A stretch of 64,000 nucleotides of DNA, taken from positions 1 through 64,000 of the forward strand of contig CDMY01000247.1 in assembly GCA_001179505.1 (NCBI GenBank), written 5' to 3'. The stretch's first letter is position 1. Each line of letters begins with the position of its first letter. This DNA comes from Vitrella brassicaformis CCMP3155 (taxonomy: Eukaryota > Protista > Chromerida). The notes under the pieces are model-generated. The model saw nothing but the letters and a program-made list of their open reading frames with translations, was not told the origin of the DNA and searched no databases. The position numbers and the translations under genes were made by a program. Of the stretch, positions 23,731 through 35,689 are shown piece after piece.

Positions 23731-25914
23731 ATGGCCTCGCAGCTTCTCTTGATTGTGTCGGTCTGCGTGACACATCAGTTGACATCATTCGTAGCCGCAT
23801 TCCGGCCCTTTGGCCCGCCTGCATCTGCAGCACCTTCATCTCTCAGACGGCGCCTGACGAGGATGAGTGCAGTGCCGCCGTTCATTCCACGAGTCACATC
23901 CACTGCCAAGGTGCTTGTCATAGGTACGCAAGCATCACAACAAGTGCATTCACGTGCAGATCTTCCGTTGTTTTGTTTTCAGGCGGCACAGGGCGTGTGG
24001 GCGGGTCAGTGGTCCGGGCGCTTCGCGAGATGGTGCCGCAGGAGCCGCCTCTAGCGGGGATGCAGCCCATCATCGTTGTGGGTGGGCGCGACAGGGGGGC
24101 TTTCCTGCAGACCAGGGAGCGGCTGATGGAGCAGGATCTGGCGGCCATGATGACCGAGGGGAGAGAGTTCAGTGGCGAGGGGCTGTTTGGGTCCCGGGGA
24201 GGGGGCGATGAAGGCGGTGGTGGCTTTGTGGAGGGCGAGCGGGTGCAGCTGGGGGGAAACAGGTGGGTGAAACGGATAGCTGCAGTAGGATATGTCACTA
24301 CACTGGTGCCCGTGTGTGTCAGGCCGACCCTTAAATTCTTCGAGGTCGACGCCACTGATCCGTCGAGCGTCGCGCATGCCATCGAGTCGACAAGTTGTGA
24401 CCTGGTGGTGCACACGGCAGGGCCCTTCCAGCGGTCGACCAGAGCAGCTGTGTTGGAGGGCCTCTTGAGAAGCGGACACAAATGCGGCTATGTGGATGTG
24501 TGTGACGACTACAGTGCTGCCATGATGGCCAAGCAGATGCACGAAGAAGCCGTCAGCAAGGGAGTCACGGCCATCCTCTCCGGTGGGCTGGCTGATTGAA
24601 CCTGTTTCTCTGTGTTTACACACGCTTCATATGTTTCTTTTCCTTTCTGTTCAGGCGGCATATGGCCTGGTGTGTCCAACCTGATGGCTCTGGAGGCTGC
24701 TGAGCTCCTTGGCGGGGTGGACAAGGTCGAGTCGACAGAATTCTCCTTCTTCACCGCAGGCAGCGGGGGCGCAGGTGGGGACCTGGACACCGCGGACTGC
24801 CTGACCGCGTGACACTCTTCTGTCTGCTTCATGTCTGCAGGTGCGACCCTCATCAGCGCGACCTTTCTTATCCTTGCCGAAAAGGTGCACAGAAACGACC
24901 CACATCCATCGTAAGCGAACGTCATCTTTGCGTGCGTGTTGTCTGTGCGAAGGCCCTTGCATACGAGAAGGGCGAGGCCGTGCACTATCCCGCCGGCAGC
25001 GGCATCCGCTCAGTCGACTTTGGCGAGAGCATCGGGTCGAGGAAGGTCTACCGAATAAACCTGCTGGAGGTGAGTTAGGCACACAAACGAAAGCCTTGCT
25101 ATGTCCAGCCAAGTGTGGGAGAATGTCTGAGTGTGACTTCTTCAGACCGAGTCGTGTCATCACGTGTTGGGTGTGCCGAACACGAGCACTTACTTCGCCA
25201 CCGCTCCCGAGTTCTGGAACGACCTGCTGCGGTTGACGACCCTCCTGCCGTCAGACATACTCGGTGAGCACTGACTCGCCGACGGACATTGCGGGCGACA
25301 CTGACAGCATGGTGGTCGTGCTGTATGTCTGTCTGCAGGGAATCGCGAGCTGATGTACAGCTTTTCTGACTTCTCGATGCCTGTGATCCGAGCAGTCGAT
25401 GCATTCGTGGGCGCGGCGAACGCGATGCGAGTGGATGCACGGGATAAGAACGGCAGGTACAACGAAACCCGCACATGGGAATGGGCTATTAGAGCAAAGA
25501 TCGACGGATGAGTGTGTGTGCGTTGTCTTCAGGCACGCGGTGTGTCTGTACGGCCACAGCGATCTCGAAGGTGAAACGCCGAAAGAGGATGGACACGCCA
25601 AAGGGCAGAGGTAAACCCACCTGTCTGTCCTTTCTGTCCCTTCAGTTTGTGTGGGCGAGGCAGTGGCGTCATTCGCCATCGAGCTGCTCCTGCAGCGCAT
25701 CACGGGAGGCCCGCCAGCCGTCCCTCCCGGCGTGTGGCTGCCAGAGGAGACATGCAAGAACGACAAGGCCCTCAGAGAGCGGATTGTGCGGCGAAGCGCG
25801 CGGACAGCGTATCAGTACGACAGCTACGTCGTCAAGGAGGGCGAGAGGGATGGCGAGAGGGAGGAGAGGAACCGATTCGAGTCCATCAGCAGGGGCATCA
25901 TGGCTGGGCGGTAG
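23731..25914 (+). CDS. Saccharopine-dehydrogenase-like NAD(P)-binding oxidoreductase with bipartite (signal + transit) leader
   Basis: Rossmann motif VLVIG|GTGRVGGSV, followed by VVHTAGPF, GYVDVCDD, G|IWPGVSNLMA and FFTAGSGGAG. The N-terminus is hydrophobic up to VAA-F and then basic/Ser-rich. Confidence 0.85.
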
Positions 25915-26303
25915 CCTGGGAGAGAGGAGGCAGGCATCCGTGAGGGAGAAAGTTTTTGTAGTAAGAGACACGAGAGCGAATTTTTCGCCGGAAGCAGTAT
26001 CTCAAATAGGGTATCTAGGATGCGTAGCATGAGTGAAGACGAAAGGTATTCGAGTATAACTTATGGAGACTGATTGAATCTCTGCGCAGCTATCTTAAGA
26101 TGTGAGGGTTTGTGGGGTTTGTCGCAGCAGACAGAAATGAATCACAGAAAAAGATGGGAGCATCATGCCCGACGACGAGCTGCCGGAGGCCAGCTGGGCC
26201 ACCGGATCAATGATTTTCGAGGCAAGCTATGCAAACACACACAGCTCACATCCATTGTTGTGTCTGTCTGGGTGTCTGCATCCGGACAGGTGAAGTATTA
26301 CCC

Positions 26304-26754
26304 ATGGCGAGTGCCGGGCGAGCAGTGGCAGGCCCCTTTTGGCTCTGCATGGCCGCAGCGGTCTTCTTCCCGGCGCTCTCACTCATTCTCGCCATACAGC
26401 TGGGCCACACAGATCTAATCTGCCGTCTCAATGGGCTCTGCTGCCTCTCTCCCTCTCTCTCTCTGTCTGTGTGTGTGTGTGTGTGTGTGCAACTATCGCG
26501 CAGCTCATGGGTACAGCAAGATCCCCTACTCGCTGCTCAACTCCCACCCCCAGCCCTCACCCCTCCTCTCCTCACACCAAGCGTCCGCCCCGCCCACCCC
26601 CGGACACATGCACCACCACCACCATGTGCAGCCACATGCACACCATGTGGGGCCAACAGGGCTGTCTGCGGGCGACTCTTTTGAGGGCAGGAGTCTGCCA
26701 GTGGTGCCGGCCAATCTGCCTGGGACAGTCACGGAGGGCTACAGGGCGCTTTAG
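26304..26754 (+). CDS. Small hypothetical protein with an N-terminal hydrophobic segment
   Basis: MASAGRAVAGPFWLCMAAAVFFPALSLILAIQLG followed by a His/Pro-rich downstream segment. Splicing is uncertain. Confidence 0.25.
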
Positions 26755-27199
26755 TGTGGCTACGGGGGGGTGTTTGATTTGCGGGCATGGACGGACTGCA
26801 TGGAAGAACGGTGGGATGGTGTTGGCGGGAGATGGGTTATGGTTTGTGTTTTTGGTCGTCGGCATTGTCGGTAATATGTTTTGTCTGGTGTGTGGCGATG
26901 AGTGGGAAGGGGTCTCGCAACTGATTCCTGCGAACATTTAGTTAGGTCGATATACTTATGTTTCAGTGATGGATGTGTGCGCACTTACTCCATGCACACA
27001 CGTACTGCACACAGTTAGGAATGCACAAGGAGAGAAAGGCAGGCAGGAAGGCCATCACACCACTCCATCCATCCATCCATCCACAGAGAGAAAGAGGAGA
27101 GGGAAAGACTCAGATGAAATATACCCCTACACAGACAGACAGACACGCAAACAAAAAACACACCTCCCTGTCCACCAGTCAAATGCACCACCAGCACCC

Positions 27200-28236
27200 G
27201 ATCGCCAGCCACCACCACTCACCCCACGATGACGTCTCTCGAGACCGAATCGCTGCAGCAGACGGCGGGCGGCACCAACCGACACGGGGTAGCGGTCAGC
27301 GAGTGGATAAGATCCATCAGCCTCAGGTGCCTCGGTCGTCTACAGGTCGATGCCGCCCGCCCCCAGCCAGATATCGGCAGCGATCGTCTCTGTATGCCGG
27401 AAGCCGCTCACAATCACAAGGCGCCAGTCCGTCGCATGAGCAGTATTCAGATTGCGCCCATCCTCCCGCCAGTCGGCGACGATGCCCTGATCCTCTGTGA
27501 TGTTGTCGGTCCTCAGCAGACGGCGATACCGAGCGTCGTCACAGCCGATGTGTGCCCACAGCACCCTCCTGTGACCCACCCCCTCTCCATCCGACCAGCA
27601 AAAGAGCAGACTTTGCAGCAGGAATGCCGAGCAGGAGGGATAAAGGCAGCCGCCGCAGCGGATGACGGGATTGGTCCGCTTGTAGCCCTCAGCATAGGGA
27701 TGGCCGCCCGGCAGCTCACCCAGTGGCACCACACGAAACTACTCATGGCCGATCCGATACTGTCCGTTGTTGTCGGCTGGGTGCAGCGCCAGGCTGGTCC
27801 CTGTGCATGTGAGCTGCCGGCCGATGATCTTGTAGATGGCCAGGGCGAGTGGCAGCTGATGAAAGGCCGTTGCTGTGGAAAGTGTGTCAGCCGACAGACG
27901 GAGAGGCAGCGTCGCACCAGCAGGGGTCAGCCGATGGATGAAAGCCAGCCGAAGGAACCGCCCCATCGCCCGCCACTCCTCGCCACTGCCCCGCTCCAGC
28001 ACATAGACCACCTTCAAGCCGGCCTCCACATCATCGCCAATGTCGAAGGCCAAGACGTCCTCCAAGCCGAGACGCCTGATGTCCTTGTTGATGTGCCGCT
28101 GGACGGCGCTGAGCAGGGTGCTGCTGACGGTCTCCGCAGTGTGGCCCAGCAGCTCCTGTTGCCGAGTGCGGGTGACGAGCTGTGAGCGGAGAGCATCTCG
28201 TTTGGCATCGTCAATCGACATGGCCATGGCGGCCAT
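27200..28236 (-). pseudogene. Intronless member of the same superfamily as the 13.2 kb and 30.6 kb genes, with two in-frame TAGs (27739-41, 27340-42)
   Basis: One continuous frame: MAAMAMSIDDAKRD..LKVVYVLERGSGEEWRAMGRFLRLA..QYRIGHE*FRVVPLGELP..GGIDL*TTEAP..LLQRFGLE. Confidence 0.8.
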
Positions 28237-28467
28237 CTTGCTGATGGGCAATGACAGGTCAAAGAGGTCGGCGGGCTGAAAGAGGACAGGGCTGGCGGGA
28301 CGGGACGAGGGCGCTGCGCCGGTGGGCTGCATCGTGGACTGTCTTGAGTCCTCAGTAGGCCTCAGCGAAGCGTCGGCGAAGCGTCACACGAAAGATCTGC
28401 GACCACAACACACGAAAAGGGATCGCTTTGCAGGGTTCGGAAGAAGCATGGGTTTGGGGATGACGAG

Positions 28468-29982
28468 ATGAATAGCAGCGGCTCAGAGTCCTCACCTGCC
28501 GTCGCGGCCGCAGCGGCAGCGTCTTCCTCCTCGAACCACAGCAGCAACTCAGTGCCGCGAGGGCTGTCGGCGTCATCGAAATGGGCCAAGATCATGACGC
28601 TGCAGGAGGCCATGGGAGACCAGGGAGAGGGCACCATGACGCTCAAGGCCACCACCAACGGCAGACCCAGACTCTTCTACTTTCATGCACGGTGAGGCTC
28701 ATCGATTGGGCGCGGGTTTGTGATTGTGAGTCTGTTTCGTGCGTGTGTATGTGTATGTGTGTGTGTCAGGGGCCGTGCCGAGATCATTCGGCTGATATTC
28801 GCACAGGCCGAGGTGGAGTATGACGACGTCAGATTCAGAGAGCCTCCCCATGCGATGGAGGACTTCGAGCGCCTGAAGGGGGAGGGAGAGCTGCCATTCG
28901 ACCAAGTGCCCATTCTCGAAGTCGACGGTGCGTGTGTGGGAGGGAGGGAGGGCGATTATTTATTGGTGGGTGGTGCATTCATTCAGGTATGGTGTTGGCG
29001 CAGAGCCAGGCCATCGTCAGATACATCGCCAGAAAGCACGGTGAGGGATGGCTGGCTGGCTGCATGATTTGGTGGGTGCATGCGTCGACGCATCCAGACA
29101 TACAGAGTGTGTGGCCACTCATCCATCAGTCCCATCGATTTGTATTGTTGGACAGGTTTGATGGGCGGGACCGAACTCGACAACGCATTCGCAGGTCAGA
29201 CGGACAGAGACAGACAGACAGACAGACAGCGGCCAGTTCGCTGCAAGCATCTTCGTTCCATTTCGAACAGACATGGTTGCGTGCGGCACCGAGGACCTGA
29301 GGTAGAATGATGTCTGGCGGACTTGTATCAGTATGTGAGTGTGCTCCGTTGTGTCACGCTCAGGCAGAAGTTCACTCAGATGATCTTCGCCAAGACAGAA
29401 CAGGTGCGTGAGAGGTGGCGCATGCCCCGTGAGAGGCCGATCTATTCATTGGTATGCGCGTGTGTGTCAGGAGCGGGAGCAGCAGCTGCAGACCTTCTCC
29501 AAAGAGGTGCTGCCGAGATGGGCGCGGTACTTCGAAAAGTAGGCTTGCACTCCGCCTTCAGATCCAGTGAAGCGAACATTATTCCGGCTGTGTCTGTCTT
29601 TCTTTCTTGCCTGCAGTTTGCTGTGTCAGCGTGGCGGTGACTGGTTTCTGGGCAGTCGGCTGACCTATGCTGACCTGGCCGTGTACGACATGATGTCGAC
29701 GATCACATGGTCGGTCGGTCGGGCATGCACAGACAGACAGACAGAGCGACCACACCGTCTGTGTGCGTGAATTTTTCTGTTGTTGAAGGCGTCTGCCTGA
29801 GGCGTTTGGTCCCTTCGAGAGTCTGCGCGCACACGGAGGTGCATCTAGCACGTCACCAGCACTGCAGCCATGCGTTGACCGGGGCGTTGGACTTGGTATG
29901 TGTGTGATTGCGTTCAGCTCGAGTTGAGAAGCTGCCCAACATAGCCCATTGGCTGCAGACAAGACCCGACAACCCACTGTGA
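28468..29982 (+). CDS. gst: Glutathione S-transferase (sigma-like N-domain); start at 28468 or 28636
   Basis: PRLFYFHAR|GRAEIIRL..LPFDQVPILEVDG|..LAQSQAIVRYIARKH|G..WFLGSRLTYADLAVYD..RVEKLPNIAHWLQTRP. Confidence 0.9.
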
Positions 29983-30569
29983 CGCACCCAGCCACCCAGC
30001 CACCGACGGAGATGACAACAGCCGCACTGCGTGCGGGTGGGTGAGGGAATGAGTGAGGAAATGGCGGAGGTTTTGTTTGTAGTGTGTGCCGTGCGTGGAT
30101 GGATGGATGGATGGGTGTGCGGATGTACGAGAGCATTTGGCTGCATGGCGACAGGCCAGCCAGCGGTGCGGTGCCGTGAGCTGTGGTGAGTTTTGCCCTG
30201 TACATGTATGGGGTGGTGGGGGTGGTGGTTGGAATGCTTGATTGGCGACTGTCTGTCTGTCTGAACAATGCGACACCACTCAGGACACAAGCCACTCAGG
30301 ACACAAGCCTGTGTGCTGGATGCTGATTCGATGGGACATACATGCAAGATTGCAGCTTGTTCCTTCGTTTCTGTACACCTGGTTGACGGAGAGAAGTCCG
30401 GGCAACCACCACACAACATCACGGACACACCCAGTGAGTCAGTCAGTCAGTCAGTGAGTGACAACCACATATCTACACATCCCACCCACCCGCCCTCTGT
30501 CCCTCCCACTCCCTCCCCTCCCGCAGATGCCTGCACGCATCTGGGTGCTATCTATCTGACCACCCCGCG

Positions 30570-32563
30570 TCAGTCGGTCAGTGAGTCGATTTGGCTGGCT
30601 CGGAGACCAACTTCGACGCTGAGCACTATCAGTGCATCCTTGCCCATCACCTCACGGACAACTCGCAGCGTCCGGGGGAACTGCGCCGCTCCCGCCTTGC
30701 CCGCCACTGGACGTTCAGTCGTGTAGAGGTACCCGTAGGCGGAGCTCAGCGCTCCGAATGACGACATGGTGCTGTCGATGAACACTTCCTCCTCGAACGT
30801 GTCCCCTGGCTGGTCGCCTTGTAGCACGATCACTCGCCCCACACTCCCCTCTGGCGACTGGCACGTGGCGACCGTGTGGCGGCCCCACACCGGCACCTCC
30901 CGCGTGGCTAGCTGCCTCTGCAGACAAGGGAGAAACAGAGAAGCGAAGATTTCAGAGTTGCAATACCACTCGTGTGTGCACGCATCCACGAGTGGGCCGC
31001 TTCTGTGTGTGTGTTGGACCGACCAGTCTCTGTTTTGCCATCATCTTGGGAATCATGTCGATGGTGGGGTCCAGGCTCAGGTCGATGTTGAGGACCGGTA
31101 GGACGTTGTACGCGACCCGCGACACAACAGTATTGTACGGGCCCGCCTTCTTCATGCTGAACAATGGCAGACAGACGGAGAGAATGCATTGTGTGTGTGT
31201 GCGTGTGCTCTCTCTCTCTCTCTCTCCTTGAATAGTACGGTGTCGCGCACTGACTTGTACATCTTGCCTGCAAAAGCAGAACGACCACACAACCAACCGG
31301 ATGGTCCCGCCCGTCCTCTGTTGCTTCGTTTCTCCCTCACACGCACTGGCCACTTACTCATGTACTCACACACAGGGTTGTCGGGGTCGAATGAGGCCCG
31401 GAAGGGGCTGTTGTACCGCAGCGACTCGAGCGTGCAGACGTTCAACCGCTCGCCGCCCAGCAGCTCCTGGCCGTCGCTCGTGCAAACGAGCTGCATGTCG
31501 TTCGTCACGAGCTCGCAGAGCTGCCAAAAGATGAGCGACAGCTGACGCAGCGCCGCACACCGCGAGTCGAACAGCGCCCGGCTGCCCACCCCCATCACCG
31601 CACCCCACCGCAGCACCATCTTGGGACCGTAGAAGCGGCCCTGGTGGCACGCCACCCTGCAGATGGGCTTCCACTCGTCCCACTCGCCGCTGTTCTGGAT
31701 GACGTAGAGGAGGCGCAGCAGCAGGTCGGTGGAGGACGGCAGATCCAGATCGTAGTCGATGATGTCGTCGATGCCCTTGGTGCGCAGCTCAGCGTCGATG
31801 AGCGATTTGAGGATGGTGTCGGAGTACTGCTAAGCGGCGAGGCGGCAGGTGGAGCGCATCGCTGCGATGCTACTGGCGAGGCTGCCCCCGAGCATGGGGA
31901 AGAGTTTGTCGCGCTCGTCATCCTCGGTCATGCCGAACACACCCGGCACCTGAATTCACACACGTAACCAAGCAAGCAGCACTGTGAGGCAACCAACATG
32001 CAGCCGTGTCCTCTATGCGGCTGGCTGGTTGGTTGTGTGTACCGGTTCTACACGATTGCCCCGTTCAGGCAGAGGCTTGGTCTCGACGTACACGAAACGC
32101 ACCTGCACACACGGACAGACAGACAGACAGACAGACAGACATGGGATGATTCCATCCATCCATCCATCCCCCCAACGCGCCCAACAGTGGATGTGCCTCT
32201 CTCTCAATGTGCACGCACCTGCTGGTCACGGGGCGATGTGGTCGTCACGTGCGGAATCACCACACAGAACTCCTCACCGCTGCCACTGCTAACCTCCTCC
32301 TTCAAGAACACCCTCGCCGCCCCGCTACTGGCCACCTCCCGCTTGTACACCTTCGCCTTCACCCAAGCCTCCTTCCGGTCCTCCTTCTTCTTGGCTGACA
32401 CCATCCACACCCGCGTGCCGATCTGGTTGGAAGAAGCCGGGTAGATGCGCGCGGTGCTTTGCGGCTGTGGCTGTGGCTGTGCCGCTGCAGCTGATGCCGA
32501 TGATAATGACGACGACGCTAGGGCAGCGCCCACGATCGAGTCAAAGAGCAGCCGGTCCGACAT
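30570..32563 (-). pseudogene. Multi-exon member of the 'TTE' superfamily with one in-frame TAG (31830-31832)
   Basis: ..MRSTCRLAA*QYSDTILKS..LLYVIQNSGEWDEWKPICRVACHQGR..FDPDNP..YLYTTERP... Other exons are open. Confidence 0.7.
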
Positions 32564-33345
32564 CTCTCCCTTGAGTCAGCTGATGATGACTGCTGCGTGA
32601 GGGCGGGGCGCTGACCAAAGGGGCGCAGGAGGAACGAGGCTATGCGAAGGAATGCGGAAGGAAATACAGCAATTGCAATACTTCCCGTGCCACTGGTCGG
32701 GGTCGGGTGGAGTTTTCCCGCGTCGTCCCGGCGAATGATGCGAGCTCACTTTTTTGCCCACTGTCGCCCACTGGGCGTCTCAAGTCTCCATCCCGCTCCA
32801 CGAACAGATGAGCCAACAATGATATCCCTCGGCGAGAATTCGAGACGGGACGAGAAATTCGACTATTCGAGACAGAATTCGACCCACTTTTCACAGTTTT
32901 CGTCCACACTCCGCTTCTCGGCCTTCTTTCGGCCACAGATCCTCCGTTTCGTTTTCTTTTCATCTGCTTTTGGGCTCGTGTGGTCCGGGCCATCCTCCTC
33001 TACCCCTCCCAATTCGTCCGGACGAAAACTGATCCTTCCTTCCTCTACCCCTGTGCCACCGAGCGAGGCCTCCGCCGGTGGCGCCCTGCTTTCTGCTGAA
33101 CAGCTGCGACTCCCTGACACCTGTCTGACGTCAACTGAGTGCGACGACGCCTTCTTTGTCTTCAAAACATCCTCTCAGGTGAGTACACGTCTCATGTCTT
33201 TGCGTTGGTTGCAGTGACGGTATGGTGTATGGATGATGTCCAATGATGAGTACATAGTCCGTTTCATTGCTGTGGTGATCTCACTGTGCCCTGTTGGCAT
33301 CCTTGTGTGCAGATGATGAAATTTTGGTTCTTTCTCCTAATGGCC

Positions 33346-33528
33346 GCGCAGCTTCCCTTCTTCTGTGTGTCCCTTCTTCAGCTGTGTGTCCCTTCTTCAG
33401 CTGTGTGTCCCTTCTTCTGTGTGTCCCTTCATGCGAGGGCAGCGAGCAATGCAATGATCTGCGAGGGCAGCGAGCAATGCAATGACCTGCGAGGGCAGCG
33501 AGCAGCTTCCCTTCTTCTGTGTGTGTCC
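33346..33528. repeat. Compound minisatellite (about 19-bp and 28-bp units)
   Basis: tcccttcttcagctgtgtg repeats, plus gcgagggcagcgagca.. at 33433, 33461 and 33489. Confidence 0.85.
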
Positions 33529-33543
33529 ATTCCCTTGTGTGTG

Positions 33544-33835
33544 CAGAATTGGATTGGGATGATAGACGGCCGGCCCTGGGGAGCGGGACTTTCGGCGTGG
33601 TGAGAACAATGGAGAACAGATTCTTGTCATGGTGTGAATCGAATGTGTGATACAGGTGGAGGAAGGACGGCTGCGTCAGACGAGGGTTGCCATCAAGTCA
33701 ATGTTGCTGTCAATGCAGACAGGTAGGAAGCGGCGTATCTCAGCAAGGCTTGATCACATTATGTTGTCGGCTGCATGCAGGGACAAAGCGAGCGACAGGC
33801 GATTTCGAGAAAAGGAGTCTCCTTTTCTCGAATGA
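33544..33835 (+). pseudogene. Protein-kinase N-lobe relic (subdomains I-II)
   Basis: Intron-separated segments ELDWDDRRPALGSGTFGVV and VEEGRLRQTRVAIKSM carry the Gly loop and VAIK motif. The next exon stops in all plausible frames. Confidence 0.5.
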
Positions 33836-34069
33836 ATGAAGTATTCTAACTATTCAATGAATCAGGTGTTGAGAGTGCGCTAACTTTGCCTTTGCTGCTT
33901 CACAGACAACTCGTTCCCATTTCAACAACAAGGAGAAGGAGAAGGAGAAGGAGAAGAAGAAGCAGAAGAAGAAAGGTGAGCAAACGAAACAAACGAGGAA
34001 AGCTGAGCACATTCTGTGTATAGCGCCGCCGTCGACGACAAGGCGAGACCGCCAAACTTCCCATCTCTA

Positions 34070-35290
34070 CGAGCTCTCTGTTCATCGACGCCCGTGGCCT
34101 CATCGCCCGCCCACCTCATGGCCTTCTACCCTTCAATGAAATGGTAACGAAACCCGGCCCCGACTTGTGGATGCGGATTGACGCCACGGCAACAAATCCT
34201 CAAACACCGGCGGCCCTCTCCTTTTCTCCTTAAAGAAAAAACATCAATCCAACAAACTCCTCCGCTCTTCCACAGAAACACGCATCGCACAAATATCAAA
34301 TAGAGAATGGAATACGAAAGACAGCATACGTGTATGCGTAGCTAGCTAGCTCTTGTTTGTGTTGTTTGTGAGGTTTTGCTTGTCGTTTGTTGCTTGCGGC
34401 CGTAGACAGAGAGACAGGCAGGCGGGCTGTCTTCCTTCCTTCCCCCCCTTGTTCGTTCGTGGTATGGCGGCTTACCCAACGATCAGGTACGCACGTGAAG
34501 ACAGACAGGAGAGAGAGGGTGACATCTTAATTGCAATTCTGTTCTTCATATCTCTTCCACTCTTTGTGTGTCTGTCTGTCTCTGCTTGTCTCTCTGTCTG
34601 GCCTGCTCGCAGATGCAGGCGCCCAGGCTCTTCTCCCCGTCATCTCTCTCTCGATCGACGCCCATTGCCTCATTGCTCGCCCGCCTCATGGCCTTCTACG
34701 CTTCAAACAAATGGTAACGAAACCCGGCCCCGACTTGTGGACGCGCATCGACGCCACGGCAACATAGCAACAAACACCCCCCACCAACGGTCTTCTCCCT
34801 ACATTCGCCCTCATCAAAATCATCAATCCGGCTGACTCCCCCGCTCCTCCACAGACAGGCAGACAGACGCATCGCATCGCATAAACATAAATCAAAAAGA
34901 GAATGTTTAGAGTAGAGACCGACAGCATACGTGTGTCTATATGTATGTGTGTGGCTACCTAGCTCTTGTCAGTTTGTTGTTTGTGAGGGTTTTGTTCGTA
35001 GTTTGTTGCTTGCGGCCGTAGACAGACAGACAGACAGACAGGCGGGCTGTCTTTCTTCCTTCCCTTCCTTCCTGGCTTGCTTCGTTGGTCCGTATTAGGA
35101 CAACAGCTGGCTTACCTTGGCGCAGGTACGTACGCAAAGACAGACAGAAGAGAGAGGGTGACGTCTTCGACTGTGTTCCTCACATCTCTTCCACTTTCTC
35201 TTTGTCTGTCTCTGTGTGTGTGTGTGTGTATGTCTGTCTCTCTTGTCTCTCTGTCTGGCCTGCTCGTAGATGCAGGCAGGCCGGCCGCTA
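34070..35290. repeat. Diverged tandem duplication, unit about 0.6 kb
   Basis: Four blocks recur in the same order, e.g. atggccttctac..gccacggcaaca at about 34118 and 34688, and gacagcatacgtgt..gcggccgtagacag at about 34320 and 34921. Confidence 0.8.
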
Positions 35291-35689
35291 TGTGTCTCCA
35301 AGCGACGACAGACGACGTACATGAGGGGGAGAGCTTCTCATGGCTTTTTTTTCTCATGTCTCTCTCGGCTCCTATGTGGTACAGATCGATGGCTGTCTTC
35401 ATTTTATAGCTGCGATGCATCGATCGCCTTAATATCCCCGGCGGCTCCAAAGGTACATAAGTGAAAGAGGGAAAAAGAGGCTCATAGATAGATTTGCTAA
35501 TGTCTCTTCTTTCTTCTCTTTGTCTACGCATATTTGGCCGCTTCGGCGGCCACTGAGAAACGTTATGGCGGGAATGGCCGACACGGGGACGAGGACGACA
35601 GGGAAGACACAACCAACACGCACACACCGACCGGAATAAGACATTCATCTCGTGTCTTGATGTGTGTGTTGTGTTGCGCTGTCTACCAG

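Noticed and set aside
27229-28185. 318-aa plus-strand ORF
   Set aside because: It is antisense to the minus-strand family gene, whose translation matches paralogs in the window.
31789-31875. Short intron removing the TAG at 31830
   Set aside because: The nearest GT donor gives a 44- or 47-nt intron that breaks the frame. The equivalent option at 14310 would be only 24 nt, far below the other introns here.
33804-33860. Helitron 3' end (hairpin plus CTRR)
   Set aside because: The nearby CTAA is not followed by T, and no Rep/helicase or 5' TC end is evident.
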